Below are positions 9,556 through 19,054 of a stretch of DNA of 64,000 nt, in pieces. This stretch comes from Planctomycetota bacterium (GTDB taxonomy: Bacteria > Planctomycetota > JAJSAM01 > JAJVHW01): the NCBI GenBank assembly GCA_965248445.1, contig CBDFJG010000004.1, positions 1,312,001-1,376,000 of the forward strand, given 5' to 3'. The translations under genes were made by a program, and so were the position numbers. Within the stretch, counting starts at the first letter, position 1; every line of letters begins with the position of its first letter. The notes below the pieces were generated by a model that worked only from the letters and a program-made list of their open reading frames with translations, was not told the DNA's origin and ran no database searches.

Positions 9556-10110
9556 CTAACGAGCGCGAACCATCTCCATGCTGAAGATACCGGCGTTGTC
9601 CTGGCGGTAGCGGACCAGGCCGGCGCCGGGAGCGAACCACCACGTCTCCTCGACGCGCAGCTCGTCGCTTCCGCCGATCGTTCGAACCCGCGCCGCGTCC
9701 ACGGAGCCGCCGCCCGTGTCGACGCGCTCCCAGCCGTCGAACACGACCTCCTGGCCTCCGCTCGCCCACCGCGTTCCAGGCGGCGCGCCAACGCGGATCA
9801 GCTCGACCGCCGTGCCGGGCCCGGCGCTGAACGCTATGCCACTCGGCGTGCGCGAGAGATCGATCCGGCGCCCACCGGCACCCGCTCCCTCGATGTGGAG
9901 CACCCCGCCGACGGGAGTCGTCGCCGTCCGCACCGTGACACGCCCCGCCGGGCGCTGCACGAACTCGACCGTCGACGGGCTGAACGGGACAAGATCCGCC
10001 GACATCGCGGGACCGTCCCCTGCCGTCCGCGGGGCAACTCCCCGTGACGACGTTTGCGCACAGGCGGTGACGACGAAGAACAGGGCGAGAACTGCGATCA
10101 GCGGGCGCAT
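9556..10110 (-). CDS. Putative lipoprotein
   Basis: MRPLIAVLALFFVVTAC lipobox; beta-rich body ending ETWWFAPGAGLVRY. Confidence 0.7.
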   Translation of the reverse strand: MRPLIAVLALFFVVTACAQTSSRGVAPRTAGDGPAMSADLVPFSPSTVEFVQRPAGRVTVRTATTPVGGVLHIEGAGAGGRRIDLSRTPSGIAFSAGPGTAVELIRVGAPPGTRWASGGQEVVFDGWERVDTGGGSVDAARVRTIGGSDELRVEETWWFAPGAGLVRYRQDNAGIFSMEMVRAR

Positions 10111-10249
10111 GGGCGGCCAGTCTACCGGGCACTCGCGCTCCGATGCGGTATCCGATGAACCACAACTTCTAGGGGATAAAAGATCGTTCATCCACAATGT
10201 GTGCACATCGGATCGATGTCCCGCATCCCCCTGCCGCAAGTCGTCGAAC

Positions 10250-10423
10250 ATGCACCGGAACGGCCTTTTCACCCGATTGCGTCGCCTGCTCGCACGCCTC
10301 ATTCCCCGACGTCTCCACACACGTCGCATGACTGCGCGCGCCCGCGTCCTCGAGTTGTCGCCCGACCAGCGTGATCGCCTCCGCCGCAACCTCGAGGGCA
10401 TCCTGCGCCCCGAAGCCGCGTAG
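10250..10423 (+). CDS. Small basic hypothetical protein (57 aa)
   Basis: Fills the intergenic gap; GC3-biased 3' half; no family recognised. Confidence 0.35.
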   Translation: MHRNGLFTRLRRLLARLIPRRLHTRRMTARARVLELSPDQRDRLRRNLEGILRPEAA

Positions 10424-10450
10424 CGTGATTCGCCGGGTACGATGACGCGG

Positions 10451-11113
10451 ATGCGAATCCGCGCCCCCGCCTTACACAAACTGGCCGCTGCCCTCGTCGT
10501 CGCCAGCGTCTGCGTGCTCGCGAACGCGACCGTCGTTCTCGAGGCCGGCGTGACCGAGCTCGCGGACGAGTGCGCGCTCGCCGTCCTCGGCAGAGTGCGC
10601 GGGGTCGACACGGTGCTCGAGCGCAGACCGCTCCGCGTCTGGACGGAGATCGACCTCGAGGTCGAGGAGACGCTGCTCGGCACCGCCACGGAGCGCATCA
10701 CGATCAGCGTCCCGGGCGGCACGGCCGGAGGGCTCTCGCAAGACGTGCACGGCACCGCGCGCGTCGCGACCGGTGAGCGAGCGGTGTTCTTCCTCTGGAA
10801 AGAGGGCGACCGCCACCGGGTGCTCGGCATGTCGCAGGGCTGTCTGCACGTTCGCACGGTCGGCGGCAAGGATGTGTGCCGCGCCGACGTGAGGCACCTG
10901 ACGGTGGTGCGGCGGGAGCGCCCCGCCACAGCGTCGAAGCACGGTCCGATCCCGCTCGCCGATGTGCGGCGCGAGGTGCACGACGCCGTGAAGCGACGGG
11001 CCGAAGCAGAGGAACGCAAGCGCAAGCGCATCGCCGCGCGCCTCGCCCGCGCCCGCGAGAGCGCCGAGCGCAACGCCGAGCGCACCCGCGGCCGGCCCGG
11101 CGGATCGCAGTAA
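10451..11113 (+). CDS. Exported hypothetical protein with C-terminal coiled coil
   Basis: Signal peptide; ITISVPGGT...GERAVFFL motif; alternative start at 10442. Confidence 0.65.
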   Translation: MRIRAPALHKLAAALVVASVCVLANATVVLEAGVTELADECALAVLGRVRGVDTVLERRPLRVWTEIDLEVEETLLGTATERITISVPGGTAGGLSQDVHGTARVATGERAVFFLWKEGDRHRVLGMSQGCLHVRTVGGKDVCRADVRHLTVVRRERPATASKHGPIPLADVRREVHDAVKRRAEAEERKRKRIAARLARARESAERNAERTRGRPGGSQ

Positions 11114-11125
11114 GCTCTCCCTCCC

Positions 11126-12001
11126 ATGCCAGACCGCATCGTCATCACGGGGCTCGCCGTCAACACCGTCATCGGGCTGTATGCCTGGGAGCGCCTGGTA
11201 CGGCAGACCATCGAACTCGACCTCGAGCTGACGTGCGACCTGCACGAAGCAGGTGCATCGGATCGCGTCGGGGACACGGTCGACTACAAGACGCTCACCA
11301 ACACGGTCCGCGAGCGGATCGCGTCGAGCGGCTACCTCTTGATCGAGGCGCTCGCCTGCGACGTCGCCGAGACGTGCCTTGCCCACGAGCGCGTACGGCG
11401 CGCACGCGTGACGGTCCACAAGACGGGCGCCCTGCGCTACGCGAAAAACGTGGCGGTCGTCGTCGAGCGGGAACAGGGCGACACGCGGATGCGGCCTCGG
11501 CACCGCGCGTACGTAGGAGTGGGGAGCAACGTGGACGCCACGACCCACGTGCGCAAGGCCCTCCAGGCCCTCCACGAGCGCTTCGGAGCCCTGCGCGTCT
11601 CCCCCATCTACCGCACCCGCGCAGTAGGGGCTGAGGGCGCCGACGACTTCCTGAACGCCGCGGTCGAGATCCGCACCAGCGCAGCCCCGCACGAACTACG
11701 GGAGCAGCTCCACGAGATCGAGGCTCAGGAGGGCAGGGAGCGGACGGACGACCGCAACGCCCCCCGGACGCTGGATCTCGACGTGCTGCTCTACGACGAC
11801 CTCGTGCACTCGGAGACAGAGCACGGGCACGCGCTCCCCGATCCGGGGATCGAGGAGTCCGCGTTTGTGCTCGTGCCGCTTGCGGATATCGCCCGCCCGG
11901 TCGTGCATCCGGTTCTCGGCGTGACGATCGGCGCCCTGCGCGACCGCATGCCGCGCACCATCGACGGCGTCAGCCGGTTCACCGACGAGGTCCTCTACTG
12001 A
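11126..12001 (+). CDS. folBK: Bifunctional dihydroneopterin aldolase / HPPK
   Basis: FolB motifs IGLYAWER, DTVDYK, LIEALA; FolK motifs VGVGSN, FLNAAV, RNAPRTLDLDVLLY. Confidence 0.92.
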   Translation: MPDRIVITGLAVNTVIGLYAWERLVRQTIELDLELTCDLHEAGASDRVGDTVDYKTLTNTVRERIASSGYLLIEALACDVAETCLAHERVRRARVTVHKTGALRYAKNVAVVVEREQGDTRMRPRHRAYVGVGSNVDATTHVRKALQALHERFGALRVSPIYRTRAVGAEGADDFLNAAVEIRTSAAPHELREQLHEIEAQEGRERTDDRNAPRTLDLDVLLYDDLVHSETEHGHALPDPGIEESAFVLVPLADIARPVVHPVLGVTIGALRDRMPRTIDGVSRFTDEVLY

Positions 12002-12018
12002 GCAGTAAACTGGTGCGC

Positions 12019-12990
12019 ATGCTGCGGCGACTTGTGGTGCCGGCCATCCTCTGCTTCGCGACGATCGCGGCGGCCGAGGACGATCCCCCGCCTCCGGAGA
12101 CGCAGGCGCTGCTCGCGGTCGCACAGGACGCCAACAGTCCTTGGCGTGCGCGTGCAGCGGCGTTACGCGTGTTGAGCAAGGCAGAGGAGGTGCCCGCCGC
12201 TCCGCTCGCGGCGCTGGCGCGCGACGACGAGCGTGCGGCGCTGAGGCGGCTGGCCCTCGCCGCGCTGGTTGCCACCGCGGGCGACGAGCCGGTTGGCAAG
12301 GCGGTGACACGGGCTCTCTCCGACCATGCGGCGGGAGTACGCCGCGAGGCCTTGGTCGGAGTAGCCGCGCGCGCGGCGGCGTGCGGCGGAACGCGTGACG
12401 CCGTGATCGGTCTGCTCCGCGACGACGAGCCCTTGCTGCGCGCGCACGCGGCGCGCGCCATCGCCGCCCTGGGCAACGAAGCGATCGACGTGCGTGCCGC
12501 CGCGGGCGCCCTGTTGCCGCTGCTCGCGGACGAGGACGCGGGGCCTCTCGCCGCACGCGCGCTCGTCGCGGCGCGGCCGGACGCCTCGCAACTCGAAACG
12601 CACTCCGACGCGCTGCGTGCGCTCGTGCGCGCGCGCGGCGGACCGGTGCCGGCCGCCATCGTCCTGAGCGCGGCGGCCGGACGACGCGGGCTGATGTGGG
12701 AGAAGACGCTGCGGGCATATGTGGAGACCGGCAGCCCGGCCGTGCGTCAGGCCGCGTGGGCCGCCATCGCCATCATCTTCGCATCGCGAATGGACCACGG
12801 CATGGCGCCCCCCGGAGTATGGGAGGCCGCCGCGGGACCGGATTCGCTCATCGTCGCCGCGGCGTTGCGTCTGCACCGCGGCCGGCGGCTGCCGTACTCG
12901 GCGCAGCACCTCGAGCGACTGAAGCGGCACGACAGCAAACTGGTCCGGACCCTGGTGACCCGACTCCTCCCGAAGGACGAGGATCAGTAG
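12019..12990 (+). CDS. Exported HEAT-repeat protein
   Basis: Signal peptide; repeats such as LSDHAAGVRREAL and LRDDEPLLRAHAARAIAALG. Confidence 0.7.
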   Translation: MLRRLVVPAILCFATIAAAEDDPPPPETQALLAVAQDANSPWRARAAALRVLSKAEEVPAAPLAALARDDERAALRRLALAALVATAGDEPVGKAVTRALSDHAAGVRREALVGVAARAAACGGTRDAVIGLLRDDEPLLRAHAARAIAALGNEAIDVRAAAGALLPLLADEDAGPLAARALVAARPDASQLETHSDALRALVRARGGPVPAAIVLSAAAGRRGLMWEKTLRAYVETGSPAVRQAAWAAIAIIFASRMDHGMAPPGVWEAAAGPDSLIVAAALRLHRGRRLPYSAQHLERLKRHDSKLVRTLVTRLLPKDEDQ

Positions 12991-13727
12991 CGGCCGCCGT
13001 CCACCGCGAGACTCTGGCCGGTCACGTAGCCGCCCTCGCACGCCAGCCAGTACACGGCCTCCGCGACGTCTCCCGGCGTCCCGGTCCGCCGCAGCGGGAT
13101 CTCGGCGGCCAACCGCGCGAACGTCTCCTCGTCGCCGCCGGCCGGCAGCACGGCGCCGGGTGACACCATGTTCACTCGGATGCCCGGGGCAAGCGCGCGG
13201 GCGAGAGACCGCGTGAGTTGCGCCAGCGCCGCCTTCGACGCGCAATACGTCACGTGCCCGGGCCGATCGAGATACGCATCCCCGATGTTGACGACCGCCC
13301 CACGGCCGTTCCTGGCGAGAGTCCCGGCGAGCGCCTGCGTCAGGAGCAGCGGCGCCCGCGCGTGCAGCGCGTGATCCGCGTCCGCGGCCGTGGCCAGGTC
13401 AGCGGCGGACGCGGCCAGGCCGACGTTCTCGAACCGCGATGCGTTGTTCACGAGCACGTCGACGTGCCCGAACGCCGCGATCACCTGGGCGGCGAGCGAC
13501 GTCACCTGAACGACGTCGGCCAAGTCCGCCGCAAAGACCGATGCCGCTCCGCCCGCCGCGCAGATCTCGCCGGCCACGGCGTCGGCCTCCTCGCGGGAGC
13601 GATGGCAATGCAGCGCGACGGCGTGACCGCGTGCCGCGAAGAGCAGCGCTATGGAACGACCGATGCGCCGCGCCGCCCCTGTGATCAGGGCGACGGGGCG
13701 CGGTTCGGTGTCAGATCGCGCAGACAT
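12984..13727 (-). CDS. SDR oxidoreductase, pteridine reductase (FolM/PTR1)-like
   Basis: TGAARRIG, LVNNAS, YCASK, RVNMVSPG; located near folBK. Confidence 0.82.
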   Translation of the reverse strand: MSARSDTEPRPVALITGAARRIGRSIALLFAARGHAVALHCHRSREEADAVAGEICAAGGAASVFAADLADVVQVTSLAAQVIAAFGHVDVLVNNASRFENVGLAASAADLATAADADHALHARAPLLLTQALAGTLARNGRGAVVNIGDAYLDRPGHVTYCASKAALAQLTRSLARALAPGIRVNMVSPGAVLPAGGDEETFARLAAEIPLRRTGTPGDVAEAVYWLACEGGYVTGQSLAVDGGRY

Positions 13728-13755
13728 TGTGCGCGATTGTCATACCCGCTCGGCG

Positions 13756-13944
13756 CTAGCCGATCGAGCGGCGAATTCTGCGTTGCGGCCAGTCCGTCAG
13801 CCGACCCCGGCGTGCGGGCACGGGCATGGGACGAACACGATCCAGGCGCTTCGAGCAGCACTCGCATACGAGGTGCGTCCCGAGGTCGAGGAAACGGCGC
13901 GTCCGCAGACAGCTGCTGCAGTAGCGGTTCATCCGTCTCAGCAT
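13756..13944 (-). CDS. Small zinc-ribbon protein (62 aa)
   Basis: AGGAGGTGA RBS before ATG 13944; CSSC-x14-CECC. Confidence 0.62.
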   Translation of the reverse strand: MLRRMNRYCSSCLRTRRFLDLGTHLVCECCSKRLDRVRPMPVPARRGRLTDWPQRRIRRSIG

Positions 13945-14248
13945 CCGATCACCTCCTCTCGGGAGACCGGACCGATGGCTCGCGCGTCCACCTGGATCCG
14001 GTGGTCCGCGGGTCATATCGCACGCCCTATGCCAATGGCGAACAGGCGTCCGGAGCGCTCCACCGTCGAAAAAGACGCCACCGTGACCTCACGAGTGACA
14101 TCGGGCGTCTACGGCGGACCGCACCCGCTGCAACCGAAACTTGACTACGCTCGCGACAGGGGGCGCTCGGATCGATTTGCACGTCGCGCGAGCAACGGCC
14201 CGCGCGGGCACATACAACACCTATCGGTAAACTCGGCGTCCAGCCTCG

Positions 14249-15040
14249 ATGAGTTCTGCAAAGAAGTCGTTCACCCTGTGTTGGCACTGCGGTCTGCGCG
14301 TGCCCGCAAAGCGCGCTCGGATGGAATCCGTGTTACACACGCGGACCGCCGCGGAGGGCGGACCGTACCGCAGTTTGCGCTGCTCTGGCTGCGGCGCTGA
14401 CAACGGCGTCATCGAGAACTCGAAGGCCGTTCTGCCCCATCCACTGGAAGGACTGACCGAACCGACGCTGCTGGATCGCATCGTCCCTCGGCAGAGCCGC
14501 GAGCTGTTGCGCAGCGCCGAGGAGTGGTGGACCCGCAATTCCGTCTCGGTGCAGAAGTTCCGCGCGGAACAGAAGAGCGCTCCGCCGCGACCCTATCGCC
14601 AGCAGCCCGGCCCCCATCGCCAGGGCAACGGTCCGAAGCGACGGCGACCGGCGCCTCCGCCACAAGAAGAACCAACGGCGGAGCCACGCCATTCCGCACA
14701 GGGTCCGTCCGCAGAGCGCCACTCCACACAGCGCCACTCCACACAGCGCCACTCCACACAGCGCCAGTCCGCCACCGGCAACGACGAGCCGGACAGAGCC
14801 GAAGCGCCGCGAGAGCCACCGACGCCCTTCGACGATCGAGCGCCTCACGAGTTGCTGGGGATCACAGAGGACGCGGACGAAGCGACGATCCGGTCGGCCT
14901 ACCGGGCTGCGCTGAAGCTCTGCCACCCGGATCGCGTGGCCAACCTGGACCCCGAGATCCAGGAACTCGCCAACACAAAATCCAAGGCGCTCCGCCGCGC
15001 GTACGAGCGGCTCCTCTCCCTCCGCCAAGCCGGCGGGTAG
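14249..15040 (+). CDS. Zinc-ribbon plus C-terminal J-domain protein
   Basis: CWHC...CSGC; low-complexity linker; PHELLGI...IRSAYR..LKLCHPDRV. Confidence 0.8.
   Translation: MSSAKKSFTLCWHCGLRVPAKRARMESVLHTRTAAEGGPYRSLRCSGCGADNGVIENSKAVLPHPLEGLTEPTLLDRIVPRQSRELLRSAEEWWTRNSVSVQKFRAEQKSAPPRPYRQQPGPHRQGNGPKRRRPAPPPQEEPTAEPRHSAQGPSAERHSTQRHSTQRHSTQRQSATGNDEPDRAEAPREPPTPFDDRAPHELLGITEDADEATIRSAYRAALKLCHPDRVANLDPEIQELANTKSKALRRAYERLLSLRQAGG
14716..14760 (+). repeat. 15-bp tandem repeat x3 (encodes RHSTQ)
   Basis: gcgccactccacaca x3, exact. Confidence 0.95.
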
Positions 15041-15073
15041 CCGACTCGCGCCAGCGCACAGCAACCCCTGCGG

Positions 15074-16045
15074 CTAGCTCGCCGGCGCGACGAAGCGGTC
15101 GCCCGGCGCGAGCGGACAGCCGTTCTGGAACTCACCCGCGGTGAGCACCCGCTTACCTGGGCGCTGCAACTCGAGCAACCGCACCGTGCCCGCGCGCGCT
15201 CCGATCACGATCCCGCCGCGCCCCGCTGCGAGCACGACGCCCGGTCCGCCCGCGCCGGCCTGCACCACGGCGCGGTGAACGTGCACGGGGACCGGACTCC
15301 GCCCGCGTCGTTCGATGACGGCGCGGCAACCAGGGCTGGCCGCCAGGGCGCGTACTCGACGGACCAACTCCGTAGCCGTCTCCGCTGGCGCGTCGAGCCG
15401 CCCGTCTTTCGCACGCAGTTTCTTCGCGTACGTTGCCCTGCTCTCGTCTTGCTGCTTCCCCCGCAACTCCTCGCCGGCCAGGAGCCGAGTCGCCACGTCC
15501 ACGAGCACCGCGCAGCCGATGGCCGTCAACCGCGACCGCAACTCGGGCGCGAACTCATCGGATCCGATCGGCGTCGTGCGCTCTGCGAGCACCGGCCCCG
15601 CGTCGAGAGCGGCAACCATGCGCTGGACGCACACCCCGGTCTCCTCGTCACCGGCGAGGATCGCGCGCCGCACCGGCGCCGCGCCGCGCCAGCGCGGGAG
15701 CAGCGAGAAGTGCACGTTCAGCGGCCCGAGCGGCGCGATGTCGAGGACGTCGTCCCGCAGGATCTGTCCGAACGCAACCACGACGAGGAGCTGGGGAGCG
15801 TGCAACCGCAACCACGCGAGCGAATCCTCGGTGTTCACGCTCGCCGTGGCCAGCAGCGGAAGCTCGTGATCGCTCGCGTACGCACCGACCGGCGTGGGCG
15901 TGGGTTCGCCGCCGCGACCGCGGCGCCGCGCGGGCGGTGTCACGACGACGCATCGAAGCGCCGCACCGACGAGCGCCGAGAGATGCGCGGCGGCGCAGGC
16001 ATCGGTACCCAGGAACGCGATCTCCGTCGCAGCATCGCCCGTCAC
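15074..16045 (-). CDS. fmt: Methionyl-tRNA formyltransferase
   Basis: VVAFGQIL, NVHFSLLPRWRGAAP, LDAGPVL, TYAKKL. Confidence 0.92.
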   Translation of the reverse strand: MTGDAATEIAFLGTDACAAAHLSALVGAALRCVVVTPPARRRGRGGEPTPTPVGAYASDHELPLLATASVNTEDSLAWLRLHAPQLLVVVAFGQILRDDVLDIAPLGPLNVHFSLLPRWRGAAPVRRAILAGDEETGVCVQRMVAALDAGPVLAERTTPIGSDEFAPELRSRLTAIGCAVLVDVATRLLAGEELRGKQQDESRATYAKKLRAKDGRLDAPAETATELVRRVRALAASPGCRAVIERRGRSPVPVHVHRAVVQAGAGGPGVVLAAGRGGIVIGARAGTVRLLELQRPGKRVLTAGEFQNGCPLAPGDRFVAPAS

Positions 16046-16056
16046 AGCATCGCCCG

Positions 16057-16824
16057 TCAGCCCGACGTCTCCGCGGTAGCGGTCTCCGTCGGATCGCAGC
16101 CGATCACGACGATCTCCCCGAACTCTCCGTCCTGTTGCACGTCGATGCGGCCTTGCTTGAGTAGTTCGAGGAGGGCGAGCAGCATCCCGATCGCGAAACC
16201 GCGCGTCGCGTCGCGCGGCAGGAGGTGCCGGAATTCGAGACGTGCTCCGGCTGGCAGCAGCGCTTCGACACGCGCAAAGTGCTCGGAGAGCGGCGTGTCG
16301 TCGACCGTGACGACGTAGTCGCGATGGGGGCGGATCTCGCGCAACAGCCGGGCGAATGCGCGGAACAACAATTCGACGTCGGCTTCCCCGGCGCGAAGCG
16401 GACGACTCGCGCGTGGCGTCTCGGCCATCTCCGGGTGCATCCCACGAGGGAAGCGCCGGGCGGCGTCTTCGCGGCGGGTCGCCAGCAGATCGGCGACCTG
16501 CTTGTAACGGCGGTACTGGATCAGTTGGCGGACGAGGTCGAAGCGCGGATCGAGCTCTTCGTCATCAAGGACCTGCTCGTCCTCCGGCAAGAGTGCCTGT
16601 GACTTCATGCGCAGGAGCGTCGACGCCATCACCAGGAAGTCGCCGGCCGAGTCGATGTCGATGCGATCGAGGTCCTTCACGTACTCGAGGAACTGGTCGC
16701 AGACCCGTGCCACGGGGATGGTCACGGCATCGAGCTCGTCTTCGCGCAGCAGGTGCAGCAGCAGGTCCATGGGACCGCTGAACTCCTCGAGCTGAACGTG
16801 GTAGGCAGGACCGGTCTCGATCAC
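16057..16824 (-). CDS. scpA: Segregation and condensation protein A (SMC kleisin)
   Basis: FSGPMDLLLHL, GDFLVMASTLLRMKS, LLALLELLKQG..Q...FGEI. Confidence 0.92.
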   Translation of the reverse strand: MIETGPAYHVQLEEFSGPMDLLLHLLREDELDAVTIPVARVCDQFLEYVKDLDRIDIDSAGDFLVMASTLLRMKSQALLPEDEQVLDDEELDPRFDLVRQLIQYRRYKQVADLLATRREDAARRFPRGMHPEMAETPRASRPLRAGEADVELLFRAFARLLREIRPHRDYVVTVDDTPLSEHFARVEALLPAGARLEFRHLLPRDATRGFAIGMLLALLELLKQGRIDVQQDGEFGEIVVIGCDPTETATAETSG

Positions 16825-16946
16825 GAGCGGAGGTTAGCAGCCGCCGTCCCCGTAACGGAGTCCGCGCGAGGCCGCCTCGGCCCGCAAGCCGCGTTGCGGC
16901 GCTGTCCCCCCGACCAGCGGGCAATGGCGGCCCAGGGGAAGGTAGA

Positions 16947-17849
16947 GTGAGGGTTCACCTGGAGGGGGTGAATGGGGTGGTTAGTTCCGGCGGGTCCGAG
17001 GTCGTCTTCCGCGCGCTGCGCGCCGGAGACTCTCCGCGCCGAGTCGGCGAGAGCGCGGTCATGCGCGCATTCGTCGAGGTGCTCGACCGCGTCGCCGCGG
17101 GAGACGCAACGGTGGCCGTGGAGGGCGAGCGCGGCAGCGGGCGGCGCAACGCCGCGGACCGCATCCACTTGCGGTCGGCCCGAGCGCAGGGGCCGCTGAT
17201 CGAACTGAACGGTCGCGCGGCCGTCGCCTCGGGTGACGCCGCCGGCGCCTTGGAGGACGCATCGAAAGCGGCCGCCGGCGGATCCCTCATCGTCCGGCAC
17301 GCGGCATCGCTCAGCGCGCGCGAACTCCGCTGCGCGGATCCGTTGGACGCCCGGTTGCTGCTGCTCGTGGCCCCCGGGGAGGCGGAGCGCGCCGCGCACG
17401 GACACGGCGTCGTCAGCGTGCGTGTGCCGCCCCTGCGGCAGCGCAGGGAGGACATCCCGCTCCTCCTCGAAGCGCTGCTGGCGCCGTACGGTGAGCGCGC
17501 ACCGGCCCTGACCGCCGACGCACTCAGACGGTTGTCGGAATACCGCTGGCCCGGCAACGTCGCTGAGCTCTCGGCCGTTGCGCGGCTGCTCGCCTTGCGG
17601 CACCCGGACGGAGCGGTCGACGTTGCCGCCCTGGACGCGACCCTCCTCCCCGCGGGGGCGCCCTTGAGCCTGGCGGACCTCGAGCGACAGCACATTCTCG
17701 GAATCCTCGCCTCCTGCGACGGCAATCGGACGCAGGCTGCGCGCCTGCTGGGGATCTCTCCCCGGACGCTCTACAACCGGCTGCGCCGCTACCATGGCGG
17801 CGACGGCGAGCAGGATGCCGCCGAACGCCGCTCCGGCCAGCCCAGCTGA
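16947..17849 (+). CDS. Degenerate NtrC-like regulator with Fis-type HTH
   Basis: VPPLRQRREDI, YRWPGNVAEL, GNRTQAARLLGISPRTLYNRL; Walker A degenerate, GAFTGA absent; start uncertain. Confidence 0.75.
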   Translation: MRVHLEGVNGVVSSGGSEVVFRALRAGDSPRRVGESAVMRAFVEVLDRVAAGDATVAVEGERGSGRRNAADRIHLRSARAQGPLIELNGRAAVASGDAAGALEDASKAAAGGSLIVRHAASLSARELRCADPLDARLLLLVAPGEAERAAHGHGVVSVRVPPLRQRREDIPLLLEALLAPYGERAPALTADALRRLSEYRWPGNVAELSAVARLLALRHPDGAVDVAALDATLLPAGAPLSLADLERQHILGILASCDGNRTQAARLLGISPRTLYNRLRRYHGGDGEQDAAERRSGQPS

Positions 17850-17858
17850 CGAGGACCG

Positions 17859-18866
17859 ATGGAGCCCACTGAATACGAGGCAGCGCGCCCCGAGGACGAC
17901 GACGTCGCATACGGCCGCAGCGTGCTGCGCGCCGAGCTGCGCGCGATCGAGGACCTCGTGCCCCAGCTCGACCGCCGCTTCGCCGAGGCGGTGCAGATGC
18001 TCACGTCGTGCAGCGGCCGCGTCGTGGTCACCGGTGTCGGGAAGTCCGGGCTGATCGGACAGAAGATCTCGGCGACCATGGCGAGCACCGGCACGCCGTC
18101 TCTGTTCCTGCACTCGGGTGAGGCGGTACACGGGGACATGGGACGCGTGCTCGAACAGGACATCGTCCTCGCGCTGTCCTACAGCGGCACGACCGACGAG
18201 GTGATGCGGCTGGTCCCCATCATCAAGAAGATCGGCGCCCCCCTCATCGCGATCACGAGCACGGCCGACAGCGCTCTCGGCTCAGTCGCCGACACGTGCC
18301 TGCCCCTGGGGCGCATCGAGGAGGCCTGCCCCATCGGACTCGCTCCGACGTCCAGCACGACCGCGATGCTCGCGCTCGGCGATGCGCTGGCCATGACGGT
18401 CGCCGAACGCAAGCACTTCGACCGCGAGAGCTTCGCTCTGTTCCACCGCGGCGGAGCGATCGGCCGCGGACTCGTCACCGTCGGCGAAGTGATGCGCCCG
18501 CTCGACAGGCTGGCCTGCGTGCGCCCCGGGACGCCCGTGAGCGAAGCCCTCCAGGCCCAGGCGGCGGCGGCGTGGCCCCGCAGCGGCGCCGTGCTGGTGA
18601 CCGACGACCAGGGCCTCCTCCTCGGGATCTTCGCCGGCGGCGACCTGCGGCGCGGACTCTTGGGGGATCCCGGCCTCCTCACTCGTCCCATCGAGCAGGT
18701 CATGACCGGCGAGCCCAAAGTGGCCCGCGCGACCGACCTGCTGGCGGATGCCTACAACCGGGTGAAGGAGCACAAGATCGACGAGCTGCCGGTCGTGGAC
18801 GGCACGGGCCACGCCGTGGGTGTGCTCGACGTTCAGGACGTCGTCGAGTGGGGCGTCGCGCTCTGA
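17859..18866 (+). CDS. kdsD: KpsF/GutQ arabinose-5-phosphate isomerase (SIS plus 2 CBS)
   Basis: TGVGKSGLIG, EAVHGDMG, LAPTSST, FHRGGAIG. Confidence 0.92.
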   Translation: MEPTEYEAARPEDDDVAYGRSVLRAELRAIEDLVPQLDRRFAEAVQMLTSCSGRVVVTGVGKSGLIGQKISATMASTGTPSLFLHSGEAVHGDMGRVLEQDIVLALSYSGTTDEVMRLVPIIKKIGAPLIAITSTADSALGSVADTCLPLGRIEEACPIGLAPTSSTTAMLALGDALAMTVAERKHFDRESFALFHRGGAIGRGLVTVGEVMRPLDRLACVRPGTPVSEALQAQAAAAWPRSGAVLVTDDQGLLLGIFAGGDLRRGLLGDPGLLTRPIEQVMTGEPKVARATDLLADAYNRVKEHKIDELPVVDGTGHAVGVLDVQDVVEWGVAL

Positions 18867-19054
18867 GGGCCCGCGCCCCTCTTCCGGCATTCCCTCTTCC
18901 GGTCGGTGATCGACCGGACAATCGACCCGACCCAGCGCCCATCGCGCGCCTCTTTGCCAACCGTGAGCGACCCCGACCTCACCGCCGAACACGCGCCGAC
19001 GACGCCAACCTGGCGCCGCGTCTCGCGTGATCCGAGCAGGCACGAGCAGATGTC

